The notes under the pieces were generated by a model that did not search any database, was not told the origin of the DNA, and was given only the letters and a program-made list of their open reading frames with translations. This document shows, one piece after another, positions 9,587 through 18,398 of a stretch of DNA of 64,000 bases; position 1 is the first letter of the stretch; the number at the start of each line of letters is the position of its first letter. Where the stretch lies: the sequence record OR805294.1; one strand, given 5' to 3'. The translations under genes were made by a program, and so were the position numbers.

Positions 9587-10317
9587 GTTTCTATTTTTGC
9601 TTTATCTAGTTGCTGTTTACTAATATATTTCGCATTAATTGTTATATTTTTGTTATCTCTTGCTTTAGTTAACCTATGAGCACCGTCTATTACATATAGT
9701 TTACCGTTGTCTTTATACACTATTATAGGGATGCTCACATCGGCAGCTTTTACTCTCGACGGCGCTAATTTGGTATATCGTAATATCCATGTTAAGTCTT
9801 TTATTTTAACACTTTCTACAGGAGCATGCTCTGTACTTCTAAAAATATCATCTAATCTATATTCATTACCATTATGCGTTAATGTACTATGTTTACCTTC
9901 TGTATAAGATTCAGAAATAGTATTAATGTTGTTGCCTATGTTAGATATTCTTGTTAAACTAGATTCAGTATCAGAAGCTATTATGTCTCTACTATCTCCT
10001 GATCCTTTAAAATCGTAAACAATTATTCTTACTACATTAGGGAATATAGAAGATTTATTTACTTTAAGTCTTTTTATACGGTTACCCTGGGTGTCGTATA
10101 ATGTTTCGTCAATTATATTAATATTAAAAGATTTTGCTAAATCCTTTGCAGTAATACCTACCTCTGCGGGTGATTCTCTAGAATATCTAGCCCTATTATC
10201 TATTACTAACTCGGTATTGTTGAAAAATGGATATTTATTCAATACATTGTTTAGTATTTTTTTAAATTTTGTATCTATAGGCTTAAACGGTAAAATCTCA
10301 CCTTCTATAAATCTCAT
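9568..10317 (-). CDS. Protein with C-terminal ParB/Srx-like domain
   Basis: PIIVYKDNGKLYVIDGAHRL is the ParB-N/sulfiredoxin motif. Confidence 0.7.
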   Translation of the reverse strand: MRFIEGEILPFKPIDTKFKKILNNVLNKYPFFNNTELVIDNRARYSRESPAEVGITAKDLAKSFNINIIDETLYDTQGNRIKRLKVNKSSIFPNVVRIIVYDFKGSGDSRDIIASDTESSLTRISNIGNNINTISESYTEGKHSTLTHNGNEYRLDDIFRSTEHAPVESVKIKDLTWILRYTKLAPSRVKAADVSIPIIVYKDNGKLYVIDGAHRLTKARDNKNITINAKYISKQQLDKAKIETNKKEA

Positions 10318-10319
10318 TA

Positions 10320-10817
10320 TTATTTACTCAGCTGTTTTACTTTCTCTTTATTCTCTTCTGTCCAGAAATTATTCCAACTACAGAATACCCAACCCTTGTA
10401 ATCTATACTATTATTTACTTTAATACCGGTTTTTTCTTCAAATACTACCCATTTGCCTTGCCGAGTTATTTTTATAAAAATAATATTAAAATCACCTTCG
10501 CTAGCAGTATCACGTACCTGTGATATCCATGTATCTAATTGTTTGCACTCTCCCTCGAACAACGAAGTAAATGAAAATTTTGCATACGATTTACATTCAG
10601 AATTAAAATGTTCCCATGTATCTGGAGGGAAAATATCACCTTTATAGGATTTGATTTGATTATTGCCTAGTGATGTTTTTCTGACAGAATTTTGTCCTCC
10701 TATAAAGGCACCTGAATGTGCTGTTCTAGTAAAGGGTTCGTTGTAAAATGAGGTAAGATCTTTTGCTACATCTCGTTCCCAGCTACTACCTTTAATTTTA
10801 CTTTTCGATCCAGACAT
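10320..10817 (-). CDS. Holliday junction resolvase, Hjc-like PD-(D/E)xK nuclease
   Basis: SKIKGSSWERDVAK ... GDIF ... ECKSY ... EGDFNIIFIK, the pattern of phage Hjc-type resolvases. Confidence 0.8.
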   Translation of the reverse strand: MSGSKSKIKGSSWERDVAKDLTSFYNEPFTRTAHSGAFIGGQNSVRKTSLGNNQIKSYKGDIFPPDTWEHFNSECKSYAKFSFTSLFEGECKQLDTWISQVRDTASEGDFNIIFIKITRQGKWVVFEEKTGIKVNNSIDYKGWVFCSWNNFWTEENKEKVKQLSK

Positions 10818-10948
10818 GTTTTGTTAACCTTTTATATACCTGTTAAATTTTACATTATTTAGTTAATTTTATACCCATATAATACTGTCGAGATAAATAT
10901 GTGTGTAGATAACTTATAGCATTATTTTTAACGATTTTAGTACAATGG

Positions 10949-10977
10949 TTGACAGTATTAATATCGTATGCTATAAT
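10949..10977 (+). promoter_or_regulatory. Perfect-consensus sigma70 promoter with extended -10, no ORF downstream
   Basis: TTGACA(10949-54)-17 bp-TATAAT(10972-77), with TG at 10969-70; predicted TSS about 10984. Confidence 0.85.
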
Positions 10978-10983
10978 CCGCAA

Positions 10984-11950
10984 CATAATAAAACTAAAGG
11001 ACGTATGTAACAAAACAGACGTTCTCCTAAGTGTTTTAAAGTTTTTGCTTAGGAAGACCCAGTTGTATGTTTAAAGGGTGAACGGTAACGGGCATTCTTG
11101 TTTAAGACTAGTTCTTATGAAGACATTGGCAACTAACATAGCAGCTTTGTTCCATCATTGGATATTGGTAGTAGAAACTATCCCCATCGTGCCTTTACTG
11201 TAGTACCGTTAGAGACGGAGATGACGCAGGAAAAAAGGTTATTTAAATTATGATTTTGGGTGCTGCAGAACACTTTCGTAAACAAAAGGAATATAGTTTA
11301 CGTATACACAACGGGAACGGGAAAAAGCTTTTTAAGCAAAAACGAGTCCCTGGTAATTGGTGTTTAACGGGAGTGACGTCCCAAATGTTATTCATCGATT
11401 AACACTGTAAGAAGGTTGTAAGGGTTATTGTGTTCGAAGTGGTTTACACAACTGTTCTTCCTACATTTATGTACAGAAGTGTAAACGAAAGGATGTTGCT
11501 CTGGTAGAAAAAGATCAACGTACTTTATGACACTATCCTTGTGACATATGTACTTGTACCAACAACAGCCGCAGGTTACGGATATGGTATTACAAACTGT
11601 ACTGCGGTTCCGGGAGTTGAAAGTGGATGTTAGCTTAGGTGGCTGTTTGCTTAATTATAATGTTTAATTTAGGCAATATAAGCGTCGGGTGAGGCTTTCG
11701 TAGGTTGCGTGTTTATGCTACGGTGTAAATGGGCTAGACTACTGGCGCATACATGAGTATTGTAGGATTGGCGCTTTAATAAAGAAATTTGTTAAAGTTT
11801 GAGTTTAGCTCCCCGCTCATTAGCAATAAACGTTGCTAGTCGATAGTATACCCACGCCTAAATAATGCCGTCATTGTTTAGTTTTTTTAAAAAATATAAT
11901 TGTCAATTATATGTCGTACGCATCTACCCCGAAAAGGGGTAGATGTTTAT
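10984..11950 (+). ncRNA. Candidate large structured non-coding RNA (~0.9-1 kb)
   Basis: No ORF of 60 aa or more in 10818-12330. Promoter upstream and terminator downstream; G>>C skew; many helices found by eye, including 5'/3' closing pairs and a cUACGg tetraloop. Confidence 0.6.
11921..11950 (+). terminator. Terminator-like hairpin closing the non-coding unit
   Basis: CATCTACCCC-gaaaa-GGGGTAGATG followed by TTTAT (10-bp perfect stem). Confidence 0.7.
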
Positions 11951-12178
11951 GACTTTCGTTTACACTCATGTCATAATCAGTACACGCCATTTTAGGCCAT
12001 TCTACATCAATACACTGCTTCTAGCAGTGTATTGGACATACAAAATGATCTTAAATTATATCAAATTTGTTTAATTACTTTAATTTTGTTACTTTAGTAA
12101 TTTGTATTTTGTTTATATGAGTTGTAGTTTACGAAAACGAATATAAACAAAATACATATGTGAACTGTAGTTCACATA
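11947..12178. repeat. Cluster of perfect inverted repeats in AT-rich DNA
   Basis: Arms: 11947-53/11970-76 (7 bp), 12008-19/12023-34 (12 bp), 12073-79/12096-102 (7 bp), 12103-18/12141-56 (16 bp), 12157-65/12170-78 (9 bp). Confidence 0.8.
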
Positions 12179-12290
12179 CTTACTAACGTTGTATATTACG
12201 GTAATTCTATAAAATATCTCTATATAATTATAAACGTTTTATGGCATACTACGACTGAACGAAATTGAAAATTAACTAGAGATTTAATTA

Positions 12291-12298
12291 GATAAATA
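12291..12298 (+). promoter_or_regulatory. Putative late promoter GATAAATA
   Basis: Octamer 32 nt upstream of ORF12331. Confidence 0.6.
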
Positions 12299-12330
12299 AT
12301 ATTGTAAAAATTGTATAGAGGTATACATCA

Positions 12331-12783
12331 ATGAACGATTACACACATTACACAGAGGAAGATTTCATATTTTTAGCATATGATTTAAATACTCAGCTTA
12401 TAAATGATGGATATCCTGACGCTGCTGTAAAATTTATTACTAATCAGTTTATTTTAGAGCATAGACATCCTGACGAAATAAAACGTTGTATAGGATGTAA
12501 TTCTAAAATGTACGAAGATGTTATTGCTACTAAGAGAAATTTATCTGGTAAATCGCATTGCAGACATTGCGAATCGAAACTTAGTATGTATAAGGAAGTT
12601 GTTAAAGAAGTAGCAAATACAACACAAATACTTCGCATACCAGAAAAACATTTAAATTCAGTTAAACGATTAATTAGAATATATAATGAGCAAAACAAAA
12701 CTAGTGCATATCAGAGTATATTAGTTAAAACAAAGAAACTTAACACAGGAGTTTCTAAAAAGTTAAAAAGAAAGGGACGTTAA
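12331..12783 (+). CDS. Hypothetical protein with CxxC...CxxC zinc finger and basic C-terminus
   Basis: CIGC-x19-CRHC; GAGG SD upstream; K/R-rich tail. Confidence 0.75.
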   Translation: MNDYTHYTEEDFIFLAYDLNTQLINDGYPDAAVKFITNQFILEHRHPDEIKRCIGCNSKMYEDVIATKRNLSGKSHCRHCESKLSMYKEVVKEVANTTQILRIPEKHLNSVKRLIRIYNEQNKTSAYQSILVKTKKLNTGVSKKLKRKGR

Positions 12784-12799
12784 TTGTCCCTTTCTTTTT
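12765..12799. terminator. Bidirectional terminator
   Basis: AAAAAGAAAGGGAC-gttaatt-GTCCCTTTCTTTTT. Confidence 0.8.
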
Positions 12800-13025
12800 A
12801 TAGGAAGCTTCTACCTGTTTCTGCTTCGATTTTTTGTTTAATAAATTCTCCTAAACGTACCCGCTCTTGATATGATAAAGACCAAGCAGTGTGCCAGTCA
12901 AATCCATTAATTTTATCACATATTTGGACTATTTCGCCTTCTAATCCCAGTGATTCTTGTTCATATTCTTGTATAACGTTCCTAATATCATCTGGGGTTC
13001 CCGATACTAGGATTCTCTGAAAAAA
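12798..13025 (-). CDS. Start-less -1 frame extension of the gp26-like chaperone (gpT/gp51-like part)
   Basis: Open frame FFQRILVSGTPDDIRNVIQEYEQESLGLEGEIVQICDKINGFDWHTAWSLSYQERVRLGEFIKQKIEAETGRSFL* contains no ATG/GTG/TTG. It is entered at T TTT TTC (13025-13019). Confidence 0.75.
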   Translation of the reverse strand, partial: FFQRILVSGTPDDIRNVIQEYEQESLGLEGEIVQICDKINGFDWHTAWSLSYQERVRLGEFIKQKIEAETGRSFL

Positions 13026-13861
13026 CTTACTGGGTTAAAATCTACAGGTACTACAAAACTTTTATTACAGTTGTCGCATACTGCATCAAAGTCGCCATTA
13101 ACTCCTACTTGATTTATTTCTTTTAAAAGACTATCTATTTTATTAACATCTGCTCTATCTATATTTGCTATAAATTCTTTTATATCAGCCAGTGTCTGAG
13201 GAGTATTATTAACTATATCTATACCGTTAGTTTCATCTACAATACGAACTATTGTTTTTGCAATTAATTCGAAATTTAATGATGACAGTTCATTTATTGT
13301 GTTAGAAAAGGCAGAAAGTTTTTCTTCATCTGAATACATATCGCTTTGCATTATTCTAATAAATTTTGCTTGTTCTAATGCAGTTTTTGCAACTGTCATA
13401 TTATCTGAAAAATCATATGGTCTAATAAATATAGATAGACCGTTATCGAGGTTCACGACGTATTGATCTTCTAAATAAGTGGACGTATTAATAACATTTA
13501 ATAAGTCTATTCCATATAAATTTTTATGATTACAATGCGGGCACGTAGAAGAAATATCTATTGTGTTACCGTATGATGCTGCTTTTATAGCAACACATAT
13601 CATATGAATGTCATTAATCAAGAGTTTATTTACATCTTTAATTCCCGGTACACAACTCTTAATTACTTCTTTTAAGCCTTCACCGTTCACTAATGCATCA
13701 GGATTTTTTATTAATACTTCATCTTTTCCTGTCATAGCATATACCCCTAGTTCTCCAGAATCGGTGTATTCTACAACATTTGATGGATAAAATGAATTTC
13801 CGCTGGGCAAACGAATATAAGATTTGAATGTTCTGTAATATTGATGTAATTTGTTGCTCAT
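13007..13861 (-). CDS. gp26: Baseplate hub/tail assembly chaperone, gp26-like
   Basis: YIRLPSG, VYAMTGKDE..L, IRAASYG-like IKAASYGN, CPHC and terminal CDNC...DFNPVSFF; divergent from the tape measure gene. Confidence 0.8.
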   Translation of the reverse strand: MSNKLHQYYRTFKSYIRLPSGNSFYPSNVVEYTDSGELGVYAMTGKDEVLIKNPDALVNGEGLKEVIKSCVPGIKDVNKLLINDIHMICVAIKAASYGNTIDISSTCPHCNHKNLYGIDLLNVINTSTYLEDQYVVNLDNGLSIFIRPYDFSDNMTVAKTALEQAKFIRIMQSDMYSDEEKLSAFSNTINELSSLNFELIAKTIVRIVDETNGIDIVNNTPQTLADIKEFIANIDRADVNKIDSLLKEINQVGVNGDFDAVCDNCNKSFVVPVDFNPVSFFRES

Positions 13862-13880
13862 AATGTGTATATGCTCTTTT

Positions 13881-13908
13881 GATAAATATGCTATATACCG
13901 TATTTATC
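13881..13908. promoter_or_regulatory. Face-to-face pair of late promoters (GATAAATA + at 13881-88; - at 13908-01)
   Basis: The two octamers form an inverted repeat between the divergent gp26 and tape measure genes. Confidence 0.65.
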
Positions 13909-13930
13909 ATAGCATTTTATAGAGGTTCTT

Positions 13931-16327
13931 GTGGCAGAAGATATTAGAATTGTTGGCGTTGATCCTAGTGTCCCTGGCTGGGCTAGAGAAGAAACTCTTA
14001 ATAAAATAGTATCTGAGTTAAAAAAACTCAATGGATCTAATACAAGAGAAAACGACGAACTAAAAGATGCAGTAGATGAACTAGTTAGGGTAACCCGTAG
14101 ATCTAACGAAGATACATCTAGAACAGATAATAACACTGAAATAAAAGAAGCATTAAATAGATTATCTTCTTCGTTAAAACAACAGAAAAAATCTGATAAT
14201 TCTTTATCTGCAAAGCAAGGTGGAAACAAACCTCCCGTATTGCCGCCTGACAATAAGAAATCTAAATTAGATACAGATACTATAGGCGCATTTATTACTG
14301 CCGTCGGTACTGCTTCAAAGGCAGTAGCAAAATTTACTTTAAGTATGGCATCTTTTGCAGTTGGCGGAAGTATATATGCTGCATTAAAGCAAGCTGCATC
14401 GTCGCAACTTACTTTATCTAGAGATTTATATAAATCAGGTTGGAACTTCGGAACGGTATTAGACGATGCATCTGGTATTATTAAATCTACCAACTTAGAC
14501 GGTATTTCGTATGCCATAAAAGGTTTAGGTATAAATTCATCTGCATTATCTGAAGTATTAAAAGGCAATGAATTAGCAATACAAAAATACGGAATAAAAT
14601 CGTTTGTAGATTTGTCTTCTAGCTTAAAAAGACAAGGCAATAGCTTAGGTATGTCTTTAAAAGAAACAGCAGATTATGTAGGAGAATATTTAGAATCTCA
14701 ACGTTTAATGGGTACATTTGATAAAATGCGCCAAGTAAACATGACTGCCCTTGCATCTAAAGCACTTAAAGATACCCAAGCATTTGCTACTGCATTAAGA
14801 ATGTCCACAGAAGACCTTCAGGCAAAAATGAATGAAAGTTTAAAAGATGTAGACTTTCGTGTAGCAATAGAATCAGTTAACGCAAATTCTAAAGAAGCCG
14901 CCGCCCAAATTTATGCCGCTTTGCCGGAACAATTGCAAACTATGTTTAAGGTAGCTCTTAAAGATACTCCGTCTTTTATGGCATCCAAAGAATACGCCGA
15001 TTTAATAAAATCCGGGCAAGGAGAATTAGCTAGACAAATAATTGCAGTATCATCTGGACTGAAATCTGGTAATATAACTAACGGTCAGGCAGATGATGCA
15101 ATGAAACGACTTATAAAATCTACTAGTTTTGCAGAAAGTACAATGCGTAGACTTGCTATGCTAGATGCTCGTGGACTAATAGATAGTAATGTTGCTGCTG
15201 CTGCGTATGGATTAAAAGACCTTAGAGATAAAATGGATGGTCATTATGAAGGAATCCAAAATACAGAAGCTACAAATTTAGCAAAAGTCGAAGATGTAAG
15301 AAATAGAGCATTAGCTGTATTAGATACGTTTGTATCATCTATAATGAGAGCAGGATTCGAATCTGATGAATTTGCTAAATTATTAGATAATGCAAATGAA
15401 ATGTTAAAAACAATTCATAATACAGCAGAAGACTTAGGTAAACAATTAGGTCCGGAATTATTTAAATTTGTTAACAATGCTATGGAATATCTAAATGGTT
15501 TATTTAGTAAAGATGTAGCAGGAAATATAAATGTAAATTATTCTAAAATAATAGGAGATATTTTAACAAGTTCCGGTGCTGCTATAGTAGTTGGCGTTCT
15601 TGCTATTATGACTACATTTAAAGGTGTTGTTATTTCTTCGTTATCGTCGTGGCTTAAAGGTGCATCAGGACCTATGTCATCATTAGGTGGCACCGTAAAA
15701 ACTATAGCAGGAAGATTAGGGGCATTTGCAGCACTAGCAGTATCGTTTACAAATGGAATAGGTAGATTAAGTCAATCAATTTCGGAAGGCGGCGATGCAA
15801 TAGAATCTGCATTGAATTTTTTATCGGGCGCCGGCGAAGGTATAATAGATCCTGTGTTTAAATCCCTTACATGGGCAGCTAACAAATTAGGTATAGTATC
15901 TGATGAAGCAGCAGATGGATTTAGTAAATACATCAGTGATACTAATTTGCAACAGTTCTTGGGTCTACAAGATATACCTATAAAAGTAGAAACTACTAAT
16001 AAACCTGCATATACACCGCCTGGACCTACTGCTACTAAAACATCTGCATACGGTAAAATAGAAACTCCGAAAGCTCCTGCTATAATTCCTACAGCTCAGC
16101 CAGATGTTGCAGACGCAGCAAAACAAAGTCCTACTCCTGTAGATCCTACTAGCAATATAAAGCCTATAGAAAATACAGGAATGAGTTCTCAAGACATGCT
16201 AAATAGAAGTACAGATAAACTTATACGTTTACAAGAAGAACAAATACGACAGTTACAAGAGCTTGTAGATATTCAGCGCAGAGCATTAGCTGCTACTAGA
16301 GAAACTGGATTTACAAGAACTAGGTAA
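13931..16327 (+). CDS. Probable tape measure protein (gp29-like)
   Basis: 798 aa, Ala/Leu/Ser-rich and helical, adjacent to the frameshifting chaperone and upstream of portal. Confidence 0.7.
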   Translation: MAEDIRIVGVDPSVPGWAREETLNKIVSELKKLNGSNTRENDELKDAVDELVRVTRRSNEDTSRTDNNTEIKEALNRLSSSLKQQKKSDNSLSAKQGGNKPPVLPPDNKKSKLDTDTIGAFITAVGTASKAVAKFTLSMASFAVGGSIYAALKQAASSQLTLSRDLYKSGWNFGTVLDDASGIIKSTNLDGISYAIKGLGINSSALSEVLKGNELAIQKYGIKSFVDLSSSLKRQGNSLGMSLKETADYVGEYLESQRLMGTFDKMRQVNMTALASKALKDTQAFATALRMSTEDLQAKMNESLKDVDFRVAIESVNANSKEAAAQIYAALPEQLQTMFKVALKDTPSFMASKEYADLIKSGQGELARQIIAVSSGLKSGNITNGQADDAMKRLIKSTSFAESTMRRLAMLDARGLIDSNVAAAAYGLKDLRDKMDGHYEGIQNTEATNLAKVEDVRNRALAVLDTFVSSIMRAGFESDEFAKLLDNANEMLKTIHNTAEDLGKQLGPELFKFVNNAMEYLNGLFSKDVAGNINVNYSKIIGDILTSSGAAIVVGVLAIMTTFKGVVISSLSSWLKGASGPMSSLGGTVKTIAGRLGAFAALAVSFTNGIGRLSQSISEGGDAIESALNFLSGAGEGIIDPVFKSLTWAANKLGIVSDEAADGFSKYISDTNLQQFLGLQDIPIKVETTNKPAYTPPGPTATKTSAYGKIETPKAPAIIPTAQPDVADAAKQSPTPVDPTSNIKPIENTGMSSQDMLNRSTDKLIRLQEEQIRQLQELVDIQRRALAATRETGFTRTR

Positions 16328-16356
16328 TAAACACAATATATATTGAGATAGAGTAC

Positions 16357-18072
16357 ATGTCTAGTTGGAAAAAACATTTTAAGCCTGCATCAAATTCAGC
16401 GCTGCCTATACAAACTAAAAATACATCTGGTTATGCTTCTGCTGTTTCAAAATATAACACATGGCTTCCTGAAGTTTATATGGGTCCGCCTAACAGATTG
16501 GAGCGGTACATTCAATATGAACAAATGGATCTAGATCACGAAGTAAACACTGCATTAGATACTATAGCAGAGTTTTCTACACAACCAGACGGTGTAACTG
16601 GATTACCATTAAATATAAAATTTACAGAAGAACCTACCGAAACAGAATTAAAAATTTTAACAAAAAGCTTAAAAAGATGGATACATCTTAATAAGTTTGA
16701 AGATAGGCTTTTCGGTATTTTTAGATCTACAATAAAGTATGGAGATCAATTCTTTATAAGAGATCCAGAAACTTACGAATTATATTGGGTAGACCCGCAC
16801 AAAGTAGAAAAAATAATTGTTAACGAAAGTAAAGGAAAAGAAATAGAGACCTATTTCATTAAAGATGTCGATTTAAATACTGCAGAGTTAGTAGGATCTA
16901 ATGTAACTAATAAAATACAAATAGGATACGGAAACACAGCATCTGCTTTCCCCCAAGCAACTATGGGAATAAATCCTGCAGGACCATACGCATCTGCAAA
17001 TAATCCTAGTCAGAATGGCTCGTTAGCTAACAGCGAAGCTATGCCGATAAATGCAACGCATATAGTTCATTTTTCTATGACAGAAGGTATGAATTCTGCG
17101 TGGCCATTCGGTACTAGTGAATTAGAGACTATATTTAAAGTATATAAGCAAAAAGAAATGCTTGAAGATGCAATGCTTATATATAGAATTCATCGTGCAC
17201 CGGAAAGACGTGTGTTTATTATCGACACAGGTAACTTGCCTCCTAACAAAGCTCAGCAAGTGTTAGAGCGCGTTAAATATGAAGTACAACAAAAAAGGAT
17301 TCCTAATAAAACTGGCGGCGGAAGTAATATTCTAGACTCGTCATATAACCCTCTTTCTACTCTTGAAGATTATTATTTTGCTCAATCAGCAGACGGCAGA
17401 GGATCGAAAGTAGATGTTTTACCAGGAGGTTCTAATCTAGGCGAAATAGATGATATGCGTTATTTTAATAATAAAATGATGCGTGCGTTAGGAGTTCCTA
17501 GTTCATATCTGCCTACAGGGCCCGATGATGGTACAGCAGGATATAATGATGGAAGAGTAGGAACTGCATATATACAAGAATATAGATTTAGTGAAAGATG
17601 CAAAAGACATCAACGCCAGATAGTAAAAACATTAGATAAAGAATTTAAACTATATCTTAAGTTTAGTGGCATTACTATAGACAATAGTATATTTAATATA
17701 ACATTTGTAGAGCCACAAAATTTTGCTAAATATCGACAAATAGATATGGATTCTGCTCAAGTTGCAGTTTTTAATGGAATTGCTGATGTCCCCTACATAA
17801 GTAAGCGGTTTGCATTAAAACGTTATTTAGGTTGGGGAGAAGCTGAAATTCTAGAAAACGAAAAAATGTATGCAGAAGAACAGAGTCTTAAAAACAAACG
17901 TGGTAAAAAAGCTGATGCTGGTATGAGACAAGTGGGTATTTCGCCGGCTGCGCTAGCTGGTGTTGGGGAGTTTGATACTAGTGCAGTTAGTGATAGTTCT
18001 GACTTTAGTGATGACGATATAGTCGATGATATTGATTTAGATCAAACAGTAGAAGACTTTGGGAAAGAATAA
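16357..18072 (+). CDS. gp20: Portal protein
   Basis: QYEQMDLDHEV..ALD.IAE, LEDAMLIYRIHRAPERRVFIID.GNLP, LEDYYF...GRGSKVDVLPGG.NLGEIDD. Confidence 0.97.
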   Translation: MSSWKKHFKPASNSALPIQTKNTSGYASAVSKYNTWLPEVYMGPPNRLERYIQYEQMDLDHEVNTALDTIAEFSTQPDGVTGLPLNIKFTEEPTETELKILTKSLKRWIHLNKFEDRLFGIFRSTIKYGDQFFIRDPETYELYWVDPHKVEKIIVNESKGKEIETYFIKDVDLNTAELVGSNVTNKIQIGYGNTASAFPQATMGINPAGPYASANNPSQNGSLANSEAMPINATHIVHFSMTEGMNSAWPFGTSELETIFKVYKQKEMLEDAMLIYRIHRAPERRVFIIDTGNLPPNKAQQVLERVKYEVQQKRIPNKTGGGSNILDSSYNPLSTLEDYYFAQSADGRGSKVDVLPGGSNLGEIDDMRYFNNKMMRALGVPSSYLPTGPDDGTAGYNDGRVGTAYIQEYRFSERCKRHQRQIVKTLDKEFKLYLKFSGITIDNSIFNITFVEPQNFAKYRQIDMDSAQVAVFNGIADVPYISKRFALKRYLGWGEAEILENEKMYAEEQSLKNKRGKKADAGMRQVGISPAALAGVGEFDTSAVSDSSDFSDDDIVDDIDLDQTVEDFGKE

Positions 18073-18293
18073 TGAAAATAAACGATATTATAACAGAAGG
18101 TTATTATAATCCTGCAGACGATTCTAGTGCAATTGCACATAAGTCAGACACACGTAGACCTAGACTAACATTTTCTCATTTAAATAAGCTTAGAAAAATG
18201 AGAGAATTGCGTAAAGTAGAAACAGAAGAACATTTAGTGTTAGTTAGACAAATGTATAGCCAGCCGACACAATCGGACGATGCATTTGGATAA
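18072..18293 (+). CDS. Small prohead-associated protein
   Basis: MKINDIITE N-terminus resembling a capsid-targeting/cleavage leader; DTRRPRLT; lies between portal and core genes. Confidence 0.65.
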   Translation: MKINDIITEGYYNPADDSSAIAHKSDTRRPRLTFSHLNKLRKMRELRKVETEEHLVLVRQMYSQPTQSDDAFG

Positions 18294-18316
18294 AATTTCT
18301 AAAAATGTTAGTTTTT

Positions 18317-18338
18317 GGGGCATAAATGCCCCTTTTTT
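18317..18338 (+). terminator. Intrinsic terminator
   Basis: GGGGCAT-aa-ATGCCCC-TTTTTT. Confidence 0.75.
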
Positions 18339-18359
18339 AATATTAAGTGTAAATACCGA

Positions 18360-18367
18360 TATAAATA
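18360..18367 (+). promoter_or_regulatory. Late promoter TATAAATA (T4 consensus)
   Basis: Upstream of the head core operon (AGGAG SD, ATG 18399). Confidence 0.65.
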
Positions 18368-18398
18368 ATATACAACGTTTTCCTAAAGGAGTAAAAAC

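Noticed and set aside
11564-11612. AGCCGCAG...CTGCGGTTC resembling group II intron domain V
   Set aside because: The enclosed segment is too long, lacks the AC bulge/GNRA cap and a domain VI-AY end, and no interrupted gene flanks it. It is kept only as one helix of the candidate ncRNA.
10818-12330. Group I intron or recoded (stop-readthrough) gene explaining the ORF-free gap
   Set aside because: There are no flanking exons and no paired P7 (AGACUA/UAGUC) elements in the right order. TAG and TGA serve as normal stops elsewhere (gp26, gp21, ORF50762), and long genes are intact under code 11. Not exhaustively tested by computation.
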